In this document: positions 36,828-48,797 of the stretch, piece by piece | Layout: each line of letters starts with the position of its first letter | How positions within the stretch are numbered: position 1 is the stretch's first letter | NCBI RefSeq assembly: GCF_039555335.1 | Contig: NC_092646.1 | Span: 36,795,911 to 36,859,910 of the forward strand | Length of the DNA stretch: 64,000 bases | Direction of reading: 5' to 3' | Source: Amphiura filiformis | Taxonomy: Eukaryota | Translations under genes and position numbers: made by a program | The notes under the pieces: generated by a model | Seen by the model: only the letters and a program-made list of their open reading frames with translations | Database searches by the model: none | Told to the model about the DNA's origin: nothing

Positions 36828-38700
36828 ACTAGCGGGATACCCGCGCTTCGCGCGGGTCCCCGCCAGATGGGAGCGTTCACCATAACAGGAATAATTACTG
36901 AACAGGTAGAATCATTGAAAAGGTACATTTTATTTTTCTAAACCTGTCTCTTCTTACACTTTCTTTTTTAGTTTCTTTTGCTTAGCTTGTGATTTTCCGT
37001 TTCCATGTTATTTATTTATTTAACCTCGTTCCCATTATTTTCTAAATCTGTTCTTTCTTACATTTCCCTTTAGCTTCTTTGTTTATTTGCTGCTTGTGAT
37101 TTCCCGTTTCCATGTTTTTTATTTAATTCTGTTCTTATTATTTTAGCTTCTTTTTTCTTACATTTCCTGATTAGTTTCTTTCCTTCTTTGTTTCGTTCCC
37201 GTTTCATTTAGTTACTTTAACTCGTATTTTTTTGTCCTCATTTTAATTTTATTTTTCTTCTTAGTACCGCTTCATGTTGTTTATACAACAAACATCTTTT
37301 TCCCGTATTTATTCCTCTCATAGCGTATCTGCGGACGTGTTCACCCGTTATCATAATCCCGTGACCCGTCCATGTACCTTTTTGCCCTTTATTTTTCCTT
37401 CTTTCCGTATTATCATGTCCCACATGATCATGTCCACTGGTCTCTGGCTCGCAGTCGTGTGGCTCTGCGCCGTTTACGCGCCCATTGGCGTAGTGCGCAT
37501 TACGCACGAGACGCCGACACGCTGCCGGCCAGCTGCAGTGACGCGTAGGCTGACAACCGATTTTCATAACAAAAAACCCGTTTTTACCTATATTTTCACT
37601 GTTTTTGCAGCCAATTCTTGACCGTTTTCAACCAAATAAAGTTTAAACACGTTCCCGTATATTCATCGATCTCCCGTATGAATTTGGTGACATTTGGATC
37701 GAAACTGACGGAGCCTTTATAGGCATACATAGATAGATACATAGATACAACATTCGCCTATTTATAGTAAGACTAGCGGGACACCCGCGCTACGCGCGGG
37801 TCCCCGCTAGGTGAGTAAATGGGAGAGCGTTCACTAAAACAGGAGGAATTACTGAACAGGTAGAATCATTGAAACGGTAAATTTTATTTATCTGAACCTG
37901 ACCCTCCTTAAGCCTACGTTTCCATTTGAACTTCTTTCTTTCTTTTTAGTTTCTTCTACATGGGCCAATTTTGTTCCATTTAAAAAAATTCTGCTGCTAA
38001 GCTTGCGATTTTCCGTTGACCATGTGTTTTTATTTATTCAATCCCGTTCCCGTTATTTTCTAAATCTGTCCTTTCTTACATTTCCTTTTAGCTTCTTTTT
38101 TTATTTGCTGCATAGCTTGTGATTTCCCGTTTTCATGTTATTTATTTAATTCTGTCCTCAGTTTAATAGCCTTTTTATTTAAATTTCCTGATCTTATTAT
38201 AGCTTTTTTTCTTACATTGCCTGAAGAACCCACATACTCGTACAGCCTGTTTGTCCTCATTTTGTTTTCTTTTTTATTTATAGTAGGCCTACCTCTTCAT
38301 GTTGTGTGTACTTTTTAACACACATCTTTTTCCCGTATTTATTACGCTACGGTCGTTAATATCATTCATTACGTGTCTCTGCGTCGTTTACGCGTGCCAT
38401 GGCGTAGTGCTGCGTTACCCGCGCGGTATCGCTGCGACACGCGAGCGGCTTGGCATTAGATACGCCCGTGCGACGCGCAGGGCTAGCTTAGTAACTGCCT
38501 CCTTTTTTTGTTCACCTAGTATAGCAACGGACCACATTTTCACTGATTTTGAGGCCAATTCTTGACCGTTTTCAACCAAATTTTCGCATTACCGTCTCCG
38601 TATATTCCTCAATCTCCCGTATGAATTTGGTGACATTTGACGAAACTGACGGAGCCTTTATGTGCATACATAGATAGATACATAGATACAACATTCCCCT
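36828..38700. repeat. Two tandem ~930-bp units, each headed by an imperfect GC palindrome (ctagcgggayacccgcgctwcgcgcgggtccccgc) and containing a CpG-rich core
   Basis: The units 36828-37775 and 37775-38700 align. The hairpin heads are at 36829-36866 and 37775-37812. The CpG-rich block is gtttacgcgcccattggcgtagtgcgcattacgcacgagacgccgac. Both strands are open in the GC-rich core, so the ORFs there are not credible. Confidence 0.6.
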
Positions 38701-40189
38701 ATTTATAGTAAGATGACAAAATCCAGTCCCTTCTCAATTGATTAGGCTCCGGGATTAGGCTTTCTTTTCGAAAAATAAATCATAGGGCCTAGAGGCCATG
38801 ATATAGGCCTAACCATATCCCTGGCCTAACCTAAACCCATATTCGGTATGCAGAAACCTTCACAGTCCGGGTGACGCTTGCACTCGCATCGCATTAAACA
38901 GGCAAAGATCGCTAAACTGAGGTCTGCTTCAATTGCCAACCTTTATCGAGGGGCGAGTTTGAGGTTTTATAGTCATCTATTACCTATACCATTTTCACCC
39001 CGATATGACAGTGACGTCAACGCGTTGAAACGACTGTTTCGCTCGCGCATCTATGCGGCGTCTTTAAGCGCGTGCGTATTTACACCAGCGCTTTGATCGA
39101 ACTCTAGCGAGTGAGGCTGCACCTAATAAAATTTGTACAGTACTGACGTGACGTCACTGTCACATCAGGGTGAAAATGGTATTGAAAATCGCAAACCAGC
39201 CAAATTTGTCATAGGTTTGAATAGCTAGTAGAAAAACCGTGAATATAGTGTCAGCAAGTCTCACACAACGCGATATATTTAAAAAGTATATTTTTAGAGG
39301 GCCTACGCTGGTTCGTTTGATTCTAGTTTAAAATCTGTTCATCAACTAATGTGGATGGTATTTTGGTTAACAAAAACGATACTGTTAAAAATATCGGTAT
39401 TTATGCAAGCGACATTTCTAATATGTAAAATGCATTGAAAATTGCCGTCTAAAGAGTACATAAATTAAAATCGCGAAGAGTAATAGTAACAATAACTATC
39501 TACATTTCAAGCGGAAACGCTTTTCAAAAACATACCACCTTTTTTCGGGCAATCGCTGAAACCGAAATATGAAATTCCAGGCCATCTGTAAAAAAGTGCG
39601 TGGGCGGAAATGACCATGAACTTGGGTCACCAAAACAAATGTTTATATTGGTGTCAGGCCTTTCATAGTGATACAACAATTAGCCCCCAATATTGGCTTT
39701 TATTTGAACCGTTATTTGTTAAACTGCGATTTTTTTAAATGGACAAGTCTTCCTTTTTGCTTCTGCTTTGGACATCCACGCGTTATGTTTAAAACAATCG
39801 TTTATATATACAATAATGGTGAAAACTTTTCAATGGCTTCAATTAGGCTTTCGTTTCACCAATTTGCGGCTTTTTCAAACTAAAATAGTATCCAATAATA
39901 GTGCTAAATTTGATCCACAAATGGCTTCAGGTGCATGGGCCTTCATTGTCCAAAGATGTCTCACCTCTATTGCCCCCCGGACGATGGTTGCCCTGATATG
40001 TAAGATTTGTAGCCCTTTTTGTACTTTTTAGCCCATTTTTGACCATTTGCGTCAATGTGTTTCCCCTTAAAAATTGCATTTCCCCACTTTGTCCACCCTC
40101 TGAAAAAGTGCTTGCTACGCACCTACCTCTGAGGGGTCTCAAACCCTCTCAAACACCCTCTCTTCCTCCACTTTTCTGATAGGGTCGAC

Positions 40190-40450
40190 GTCCCTGCTGG
40201 TGTCACATGGGACGGATTCGCCGGTCATTTATCGGACGTTGAACGATCGGATATAAGACGCCTGCAGGATTATTAGCGGCCACAACGCATAGAGAGACGA
40301 ACGGGAATCGGACCCCAAATCCGGTCATTTGTCGGACGTTGAACGATCGGATATAAGACGCCTGCAGGCTGCAGGATTATTAGCGGCCACAACGCATAGA
40401 GAGACGAACGGGAATCGGTCCCCAAATCCAACCGAATCTTCAGCCGGACT
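40190..40450. repeat. Tandem repeat ~115-bp x 2
   Basis: ccggtcatttatcggacgttgaacgatcggatataagacgcctgcagg...attattagcggccacaacgcatagagagacgaacgggaatcgg is duplicated. Confidence 0.8.
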
Positions 40451-41059
40451 GGTGATAATTCCACCGGATAAAATATTTTTGTATACAGTGATGTTCGTTG
40501 TCCCAATCCGTCGTAGTGTGACAGAGCCATAAATGTTTTAGTCTGTTGTAAACAATATAGGGTTGTTGCAACCCCTAAATTAGAACAAGATTAAAGGGTT
40601 TGGGTGATGTAAACATGAATACTTTTGATCAAGCGGGACAATTATACAAGCTAATTAATAATAATCATTGCTTTATGTTGTATTGTATAACCCTATAGGT
40701 GGTATTGTATAGTCCTATAAACTAAACTATTTTGCTGCTGTTGTTACTACTACCAATGACTACAACTACAATAACAACACCATAAAATGTTCCATTGAGT
40801 TTTTTTAAAGACAGGGCAGATTTGGCTGTGTAATCCTGGAAAGGGGTAGTGTCATATTGTTTTGGGTAAAAAGGATGAACTGTACCAACATCCACGATTT
40901 GAAACCAGTGGAAAAAAGTGTTTTATATACAAATACTGATTAATAACAATCGCGTAGTCAACTAAATGTTAAATTGTATTTTTAATGAGCATACATAACG
41001 TCTTATAAGATATTTTTGTAACATTAATTCTATTCTTGCTCTTTTCTTTTCTACGGTAG

Positions 41060-41218
41060 AGTTCTGGGGCACATGGGAAGCATGGGGTAAATGCGGTGTA
41101 GTGTGTGGTGGTGGGTACCAGTACAGATATAGGAAATGCTACCACAACGGAGATGTATCTATAGAACAGTGCCCAGGATTAAACTACCACTTAATGAGAT
41201 GCAACACACATAATTGCT
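41060..41218 (+). CDS. Copy 3 TSR-A exon (159 nt)
   Basis: Acceptor ctacggtag|ag. It encodes (E)FWGTWEAWGKCGVVCGGGYQYRYRKCYHNGDVSIEQCPGLNYHLMRCNTHNC, ending at the donor t|gtaagt. Confidence 0.55.
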
Positions 41219-41228
41219 GTAAGTATAA

Positions 41229-41357
41229 TTGAAGACCGAATTAAAAAGATTAGTTTGCGTCTGACGTCAGGGCAAAGGCGCGACGTGATTGGTTGATGAC
41301 CTGCGCAGTACAGCAGTTTGGTCTGGTTAAAACTAGTCTTCTTAATTCGGTCTTCAA
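41229..41357. mobile_element. MITE family B copy, inserted 10 bp into the intron after the TSR-A donor
   Basis: Termini are ttgaagaccgaattaa / ttaattcggtcttcaa. This is the same family as 1578-1720. Confidence 0.6.
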
Positions 41358-41450
41358 TATTATAAATCATTTTCTCACGACGCGCGAATTATGGCGGCTT
41401 TTGCAACATAATACAACTCCTCATTTTCTGGAAACTAGAAATTGCCTTAA

Positions 41451-41801
41451 GGGGGTACTACACCCCTGGCCAAATTTGTGCCTATTTTTGCATTTTTCTC
41501 AAAAATTATACTGCATTGGTGGTAAGTAAGATATGCATATTATAGGGGCAAGGACTACAACTACTGCACTGAAAATTCAGCAACTCAAGGCAAGTAGTTA
41601 TTGATTTATTGATCAAATATTGGTTTTCCCTCATTTTTGACTGCAACTCCTCAACTGTTGTCTGTGCTGAAATAAAATTTCCAGTGCAGTAGTTGTAGTC
41701 CTTGCCCCTATAATATACATATCTTACTTGTCAGTAATGCGCTATAATTTTGAGAAAAATGCAAAAATAGGCACAAAATTGGGCAGGGGTGTAGTACCCT
41801 C
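41451..41801. mobile_element. piggyBac-like MITE family C copy (TTAA-flanked)
   Basis: More than 95% identical to 17401-17750. The flanks are ccttaag|...|cttaagg. Confidence 0.65.
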
Positions 41802-42761
41802 TTAAGGTTAACAACTAATTTAAACTGTTACAGTTTGGTAGTTCACAGCATCTTGCGAATGGTAGTGAGCTTAGGCAAATTTGCATTGATCATTCATAGC
41901 GAGCATGTAGAAGAATTCAAATATCACATATACTTTTGTAGGTCCTGTGGTTCTTCAGTTATGTTGTAAAGAGGGCTGACACAACAAGACTTTTGTAAAA
42001 CGTATATAACTTATTAACAACAATAAATCAAGCAAGTTTTCAAAGTATATCATGTACTTTTGCAAAAATGAAGGTGTTCTCTTTCAATAATATATTGATC
42101 TAGATAATGAAAATCGGGGTTTTTTTTGGTTGCTTCGACCAACAGTACCTCGTCTACCCGCACGTCTTTAAGCAGATTCATTGAGTAGGGCAAAGTACAC
42201 TGATGAATATGCCTATGCAAATCGGACATACGGTTCTCATAATACTAATACATCGATTTATAATTTATTTATATCTTATGTTTCATCAATAATCAATATA
42301 GTTAATGAGCTAAAATGACTGGAAAAGCTCATTATAATTATAATATTATAATGTTTGCCAACATTTGGCTAAAAATCAATGCATTAATGTTCTCGGCGCT
42401 TTTTATTTTGCCTTGAAAATTGGTCTAATGTATAGAGTATTATATTGTCTAGATGCCTTCTAATTTGCATATTTTCAAAATTAATTAGCATTTATTCAAA
42501 TTAGCTCTAATATATGTAATTATACGTAACTCCCAAAATCAATTTCCGAATCAACTGAAAATTCGGAAATTTAAGCGTTTTCCATGTGTAGGGCCTATAC
42601 CTATTATACTAAAAAGATGATGCTAAAATCACGAAAACCCCATCTAATTAAACGAATTTTTTCTATGAGTACAATTTTGTGATTTTATTTTATGACAACT
42701 CAAAAAATGTCAAACATAATTATAATAACTTTGCGATGTTTGGGTATGTTTGAACTTATAG

Positions 42762-42929
42762 GTGGGTCATGGGGATCGTGGGGCGAGTGTTCCACTGGCT
42801 TCTGTTCTACCCAAGGACTGGCTTACCAATGCAGAAACAGAAGGTGTAGGAGTAGCCTGTGGCATTCAACTCAATACCTTGTAGACCTATATTCATACAG
42901 GATTGAAGATTGCCGCGACTGTAAATGTC
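42762..42929 (+). CDS. Copy 3 TSR-B exon (168 nt, strongly divergent sequence)
   Basis: Acceptor cttatag|gt. It encodes (C)GSWGSWGECSTGFCSTQGLAYQCRNRRCRSSLWHSTQYLVDLYSYRIEDCRDCKC, ending at the donor c|gtaagc. Confidence 0.45.
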
Positions 42930-43813
42930 GTAAGCGTAACCAATAATTTTCTCTTTCTTATTGCAATTTAATATGACTCAGAATTGATGTGAAGATCCAC
43001 TCGCCAGTTATCTGATTACTAGAAATTAAACCAAACACATGGCCAATGGATCTTCCATCTGAGACGGGGAAAGACTCAAACAGAAACAAACGGAGAGCAA
43101 AATATAACTTCACAAATAAACTTTAATTTCTCATCAACAAAGTGATCACAACAATCTAATAGATGAGTGAAATATTCTTAGCTCCTTTCCCGGCTGTGGC
43201 TGGCTGAAAACTACCACGAATAATAGGCCGGGGTAATTGAGGAGACGGAGCCGCGGAGCGATATATATTTAAATTAGCTATGGAAAGCAAATAGCGTCAT
43301 AACACACGCCCTGCCTTTCTTGAATTGGCGCCTGACAATTCTAATTTAATAATATAACTTTAAAATAGCAATTTGAATTGATCAACATATGATTTAAAAA
43401 TATATATATCTTTTTAACATAAACTTTAACATCAGACATAACATTCCTCAAGTAACTGCATGATTAATAATTAACTGCAACTTTTAATCTGAAACATTTA
43501 ACTCCAAAACACGATTGGATGGGGTGAAAATTATTTTTAAAAACAACATCTTTTAAAACTCTGAAGCTCGTACAGCAGACAAGGAAAAAGGGGAATAGTG
43601 GATGACAAACTAACACAATTCTGAAAGACATCGACCAAGACCTTGCACAATCCCCAAACTGGGCATTTACAATGTCAAGTTCCATGTGTTACTCTACACC
43701 TTAAACTACACCTTAAAATTAACCCTAGAGTTCATAATCTTGAATCGCTGAATCCCTGTACCTACCACGTAAAATCTTCTCTACTTCATACTCACTACTT
43801 GTGGTAACAGGAG

Positions 43814-45574
43814 TCAAAGGTAGACCGGTATAAAAGATGTGCGCTTATCCAATTCTTGGGAGGCCATAAGTGGGGCAAACGAGTCATCTGGACAATCAGC
43901 ATCTACAACATCTTCTAGAGGATCCCTTTGCACAAAATCTTTGGGCATGACATGATTTTCTGGTCTGGCATACCGATCATAGGCAAACTTCATTCGATTA
44001 ACATGCACTGGGGCTGACATCAACTTATTGTTTGTCAGATTTCGAACACGGAAATTCACGGGCCCCGTTTGCTCTACGAGTAAGTATGGTCCTGACCAAA
44101 ATTTCATGAGCTTCTTGTACAAGCCTGGTTGAGTGGCTGGAATATATAACCAAATTGTATCACCCACCTGAAACTGTACATCACTTGCATGTTCATCATA
44201 ACGGTCTTTCATGCTAGCTTGATTAAGTTCAAGATGTTGCTTAGATATTGCACGGAACACTTCTAATTGAGATACCAAATGATGGATATGTTCTCTCACT
44301 GTCTTGTCTGGGTATTCACTCTTAGCCATCAATGTCACATCCAGGAGTAGTCTTGCTTCCCTGCCATATAATAAAAAGAAAGGGCTAAATCCTACAGAAT
44401 TGTCTGCTGGTGTAGACCTATATGCAAATTGAATGGCTGGAATATACTCATCCCAGTTTGTCTGATACTCATTAGCATAGTGTGACAAGGTATCTAAGAT
44501 AACAGAGTTAAAACGTTCCTGAATAGCATTACACTGTGGATGATAACTACTTGTATTCAACTTTGATGTACGCATAATTCTACACACTTCAAGCACCAGT
44601 TTACTAAGGAAATTTGTACCTCGATCACTAAGCAAATATTGCGGACAACCATGATGGCATATAATATGATCAAAGAATGCTCTAGCTACAGTGGCTGCAT
44701 CAATAGTCTTAATTGGAACTAAGATAGGCCATCTGGTACAGTGATCTGTAAAACACAATACATACCGATTACCATTGGTTGTAATAGGTAGAGGACCCAA
44801 GATATCCACACTTACACGTTCAAATGCACTGGGGACCTTCATGGTCATCATTGGAGCTCTAACTTTGTGTCTATGTGTTTTTCTCTGAGCACAAGATATA
44901 CACGATCTTACCCAATTGTCAACATCTCTATACATACGTTTCCAGAAATATCTATTCCTCTGAAATCTCAGATTTCGAACAGTATTCACTTCTGGATCTG
45001 GCTTTGTCTCTGATGCAGGAGAATCATTGATAACATCATCAGTCATTGTCTCCAAGCCACATTCTGTCCAGTTTGAATCTGTTGCTGAGGAAGTAGGGGA
45101 GTCAACATGATATGAGTTACATAAATTACAAGATTCTGACACTTGAGTTGGTATTCTACTTAGTGCATCTGCATTACCATTCTTACATCCTCTTTTATGG
45201 ACTACTTCATAAGTATATGATTGTAACTTCAGTACCCATCTTGCGAGGCGACCTGTTGTACGCTTTTGACCAAACAACCATTTCAGTGCACAGTGATCAG
45301 TCTGAATTATATACTTTACAGTATGTTGAAGGTATGGGGAACATTTCTTAATCCCTTCAACTACAGCCAAAGCTTCATGTTCAGTAGTTGTATACGTCTT
45401 TTCGGAATCATGCAAAGCTCTACCTCCATAACAAATTACCTTCTCTTCACCATCTTGTACCTGTGCTAAAATGAAACCAAGACCTTTTATACTGGCGTCT
45501 GTTTGCAACATAAATTGAGTACCATCAAAACGAGGGTAGGCAAGAATTGGAGGTTCTACTAGCTTTTGTTTCAA
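43814..45574 (-). CDS. Gypsy pol: RNase H + integrase (zinc finger, DDE core, GPY/F tail)
   Basis: RNase H: ...LQTDASIKGLGFILAQ...YGGRALHDSEKTYTTTEHEALAVV... Integrase: ...CISCAQRK...VSVDILGPLP...LLSDRGTNF...CNAIQERFN...GPYLLVEQTGPVNFRV... Confidence 0.85.
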   Translation of the reverse strand: MKQKLVEPPILAYPRFDGTQFMLQTDASIKGLGFILAQVQDGEEKVICYGGRALHDSEKTYTTTEHEALAVVEGIKKCSPYLQHTVKYIIQTDHCALKWLFGQKRTTGRLARWVLKLQSYTYEVVHKRGCKNGNADALSRIPTQVSESCNLCNSYHVDSPTSSATDSNWTECGLETMTDDVINDSPASETKPDPEVNTVRNLRFQRNRYFWKRMYRDVDNWVRSCISCAQRKTHRHKVRAPMMTMKVPSAFERVSVDILGPLPITTNGNRYVLCFTDHCTRWPILVPIKTIDAATVARAFFDHIICHHGCPQYLLSDRGTNFLSKLVLEVCRIMRTSKLNTSSYHPQCNAIQERFNSVILDTLSHYANEYQTNWDEYIPAIQFAYRSTPADNSVGFSPFFLLYGREARLLLDVTLMAKSEYPDKTVREHIHHLVSQLEVFRAISKQHLELNQASMKDRYDEHASDVQFQVGDTIWLYIPATQPGLYKKLMKFWSGPYLLVEQTGPVNFRVRNLTNNKLMSAPVHVNRMKFAYDRYARPENHVMPKDFVQRDPLEDVVDADCPDDSFAPLMASQELDKRTSFIPVYL

Positions 45575-45668
45575 GATTTCAAACGCTTCTGCACACTCTT
45601 TTGACCAAACAAATTGAACATCTTTACGAGTGAGATATGTTAAAGGTGCGGCTATTTTACTGTAATCT

Positions 45669-46376
45669 CTAATGTACTTCCTGTAATAGCCTACAAAACC
45701 TAGAAATGATCTTACTTCCGATACCTTCGTTGGAACTGGATACTCTTGGACTACCTTGGTTTTTCTCTGGATCAGTAGCTATCCCATCTTTACTTACAAT
45801 GTGTCCTAAATAACGTACCTGTTCTTGAGCAAAAGTACACTTTTTAGGCTTGAGCTTCAAATTGGCTTCTCTCAACCTCTGAAACACTTGTCTCAAATGA
45901 TCTACATGTTCATTAAAAGAATTGGAAAACACTATTACATCATCAAGATATATTAATACAAATTTCCAATTTAAACCTCTGAACACTTCTTGCATAACTC
46001 TTTGAAACGTGGCTGGAGAATTTGTACACCCCATTGGCATTACATTAAACTCATACAAACCATCTTGTGTAATGAAAGCACTCTTTTGTTTTGAGCTTTC
46101 TTCAAGTCCAATTTGGTAATAACCTGACGCTAAATCTAGTGTGGAAAAATAATTTGGTGTTCCTGCGCCTAAGCTATCTAATGCATCATCTATGTGAGGT
46201 AAAGGAAAATTATTCTTGTCCACAATTTGGTTACATAATCTCATATCACAACAGAATCTTAGTGTACCATCAGGTTTAGGAATCATTACAACAGGAAAAC
46301 TCCAACTACTGGTGGATTCTCTGATTAAACCATCTTCTAACATCTGATTGACTTGTTTACGTATTTCAGCTTGCAC
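45669..46376 (-). CDS. Gypsy pol: reverse transcriptase
   Basis: ...FSTLDLASGYYQIGL...LYEFNVMPMGCTNSPATFQRVM...VLIYLDDVIVFS... The thumb region reads on in the +1 frame after a 1-nt frameshift in the run ggtttttctctgg at about 45760. Confidence 0.85.
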   Translation of the reverse strand: MQAEIRKQVNQMLEDGLIRESTSSWSFPVVMIPKPDGTLRFCCDMRLCNQIVDKNNFPLPHIDDALDSLGAGTPNYFSTLDLASGYYQIGLEESSKQKSAFITQDGLYEFNVMPMGCTNSPATFQRVMQEVFRGLNWKFVLIYLDDVIVFSNSFNEHVDHLRQVFQRLREANLKLKPKKCTFAQEQVRYLGHIVSKDGIATDPEKNQGSPRVSSSNEGIGSKIISRFCRLLQEVH

Positions 46377-48797
46377 ATGAGGAGGTTGTCTATAAGGACG
46401 ACATTTGATTGGCGGATGATTACCAGTTCTTATGACATGCTCAATTTTCGTATATCTTCCTCTAGGACTATCTTTGGTTTGAAAAACGTCTACATACTAG
46501 ATATAAGATCAGATAACATATCAGAATCGGTTTCAGTTAAATGAGAATCATTGAAATTGACCTGAGAAAGAACTTCACGTACCTTAGGATCTGGCGAATT
46601 CTGTGCCTTTAGGCTGCGTTCACATAGAAGTATACTATTCGGGTATACGGTGCACGTTTTGCAGGTTGACGCGTGTAGCTGAAATCGAGCAAGGCAATTT
46701 CATAGTACCGGGTCACATAAGGCTACGATCGCATAGAAGTATACTATTCGGGTATACGATGCACGTTTTGCAGGTGCACGCGTATAGCGTAAATCGAGCA
46801 AGGTAAGTTCATAGTACCGGGTCACATAAGAGCTATTCGAAAAGGCCGTATACCTGCGTTTAGTATAGTATAGTGGGAATCGCGCATGTTCGATTTTAGT
46901 GCAGCGTATACCATCCAAATTTAAAAAACCTAAACCATATGTGGGTAAATTCCCACAAATTCTGCACATTATGACACCTCATTGAATGCAATGTGACCTC
47001 AAGAAGTAAAGTTACAAGCATTGATAAGACGAAGAAAATGGGTAAACTGATATACTCGCTGTTCGCTATACGAAATACGCTCATTCGATCAGGCTGAGTT
47101 CACATAGTATACTCCTATATGAACTCAGCCTGATCGAATGAGCGTATTTCGTATAGCGAATACCGTATACCGTATACTTCTATGTGAACTCAGCCTTACA
47201 TGGACTGATGATACAGGTACTTCATCTACTACAGAGTCATCTATATCGGTAAAATGAATGATTTCACTGTTATTTACAAGTGTAAATGTACCAAGTTTTG
47301 TTCTAGGATACAACACAATTGGTTCATTGCTAGTGTTTAACACAAGTAATTGAGTACTACAACTAGATTTGTTAGCAATAGGTTGAACACTTGATACTGT
47401 ATTGGCAATCAATACTCCTAAATCACAACAATATAATAGATGAGTGAAATATTCTTAGCTCCTTTCCCGGCTGTGGCTGGCTGAAAACAACCACGAATAA
47501 TAGGCCGGGGTAATTGAGGAGGCGGAGCCGCGGAGCGATATATATTTAAATTAGCTATGGAAAGCAAATAGCGTCATAACAAATTTTAAATAATGTGTAT
47601 ATTTAAATTTGTCTTCACAAAGTGTATAATGCAATTTGCAAAGACTTTTGCGCCACTTTTGGCTTTACTTTAAATTTACTTACATTAATTTCTTGTAAGT
47701 GTCTATCTAATATGTTAACATGTTTAACAAAAAATAAAATTGCATTATTACTATTGGAATTATCGTATAAATTTGATTCATTTCTTTTAAATTAATCAAT
47801 GTCGTTTGCTTTCGAACCTATACCATACCAACAACTTCCCACATACACCTCCACCTGTGTATGGATTGAACAACTCGCCGTTTTCGCTTCTATATTGGAC
47901 ACCCCCGTACACTTTATGTTTTAAGCAATAATAAATAATCAGGTCTACCGTAATAAAGAATAATTGTCCACGGGCCTTCATTTTCACACATTTCATAATT
48001 TTTTCTAACTACAATTTTACTCAATAATAGTGTCAATTAGGGTGGTTTTTTTGCAAATATTTTATAAATTTTCGGGTGGCGGGGGGGGGGGGAAGCATCC
48101 CCTCAGATGTATAATGAAGTGCCATTTTTGCTTCTGCTTTAAACTCCCGGTACCCTATGTTTAAAGCAATAATTATACAATAACAGTGAAAACTTGTCCA
48201 CGAGTGACTTCAATTGAACCGCAATTTCACACATTTTCGGCTTTTTCAAACTAAGCTTAATTTTACACAATACTTGTGGCAAAATGGTCCACCAAATGGC
48301 TTCAATGAGGTCTTCATTTCTCAAATGTTTCTCACTTTCAAGGGAGCATATCCAACTCAGGCAACCTGCGTCGCGCAAGCAGGACACGATGGCCGGTTCG
48401 CGGCCATTTTTTATATTTCCTATTTTTCTCAAATTGCCTCTGACTGCTCTAGATCCGCCACTGAATCATCACGCACGCACGATACAAAGGATTGGATCAC
48501 TTGACCCGGAATTACATGACCAATTTTTGCACGTTTAGACAGGTCTTCGGAAAACTGAAAAGCAGTTGCGAACATTGCGCATTAGTCAGTCGGGGGAATC
48601 GGGACAGACCCATTTCCCCTCATCCCTTGCCCACCACCACAATTACGACCACTTCGAAATCATGCTTACTGCTAAAGGCGGGTTGACCGTTTATTTTATT
48701 GGCAGTAGTAAAACGTTTTCTTTTCTAGTTCGTTTTGTATCCATTTTCTTATCCTTTTTCACTTCTCTTTTTCTATTTTTTATTCATCTAACATCAG

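Larger units (their letters stand above)
42973..47581 (-). mobile_element. Ty3/gypsy LTR retrotransposon, inserted antisense in the copy 3 intron (TSR-B to Hint); 5' (gag/PR) region degenerate
   Basis: Direct repeats 43145-43304 and 47422-47581 are about 95% identical and act as LTRs. A polypurine tract aagaaaggcaggg lies on the minus strand immediately upstream of the 3' LTR. The host intron sequence resumes at 47582 and matches copy 1 10795 onward. Internal RT and RNaseH-integrase ORFs are present (see the CDS entries for 45669-46376 and 43814-45574). Confidence 0.75.

Noticed and set aside
37238-37621. Overlapping ORFs on both strands in the GC-rich tandem unit
   Set aside because: Open frames on both strands are expected in a CpG-rich stop-poor segment. 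The pattern repeats in the next unit with frameshifts.
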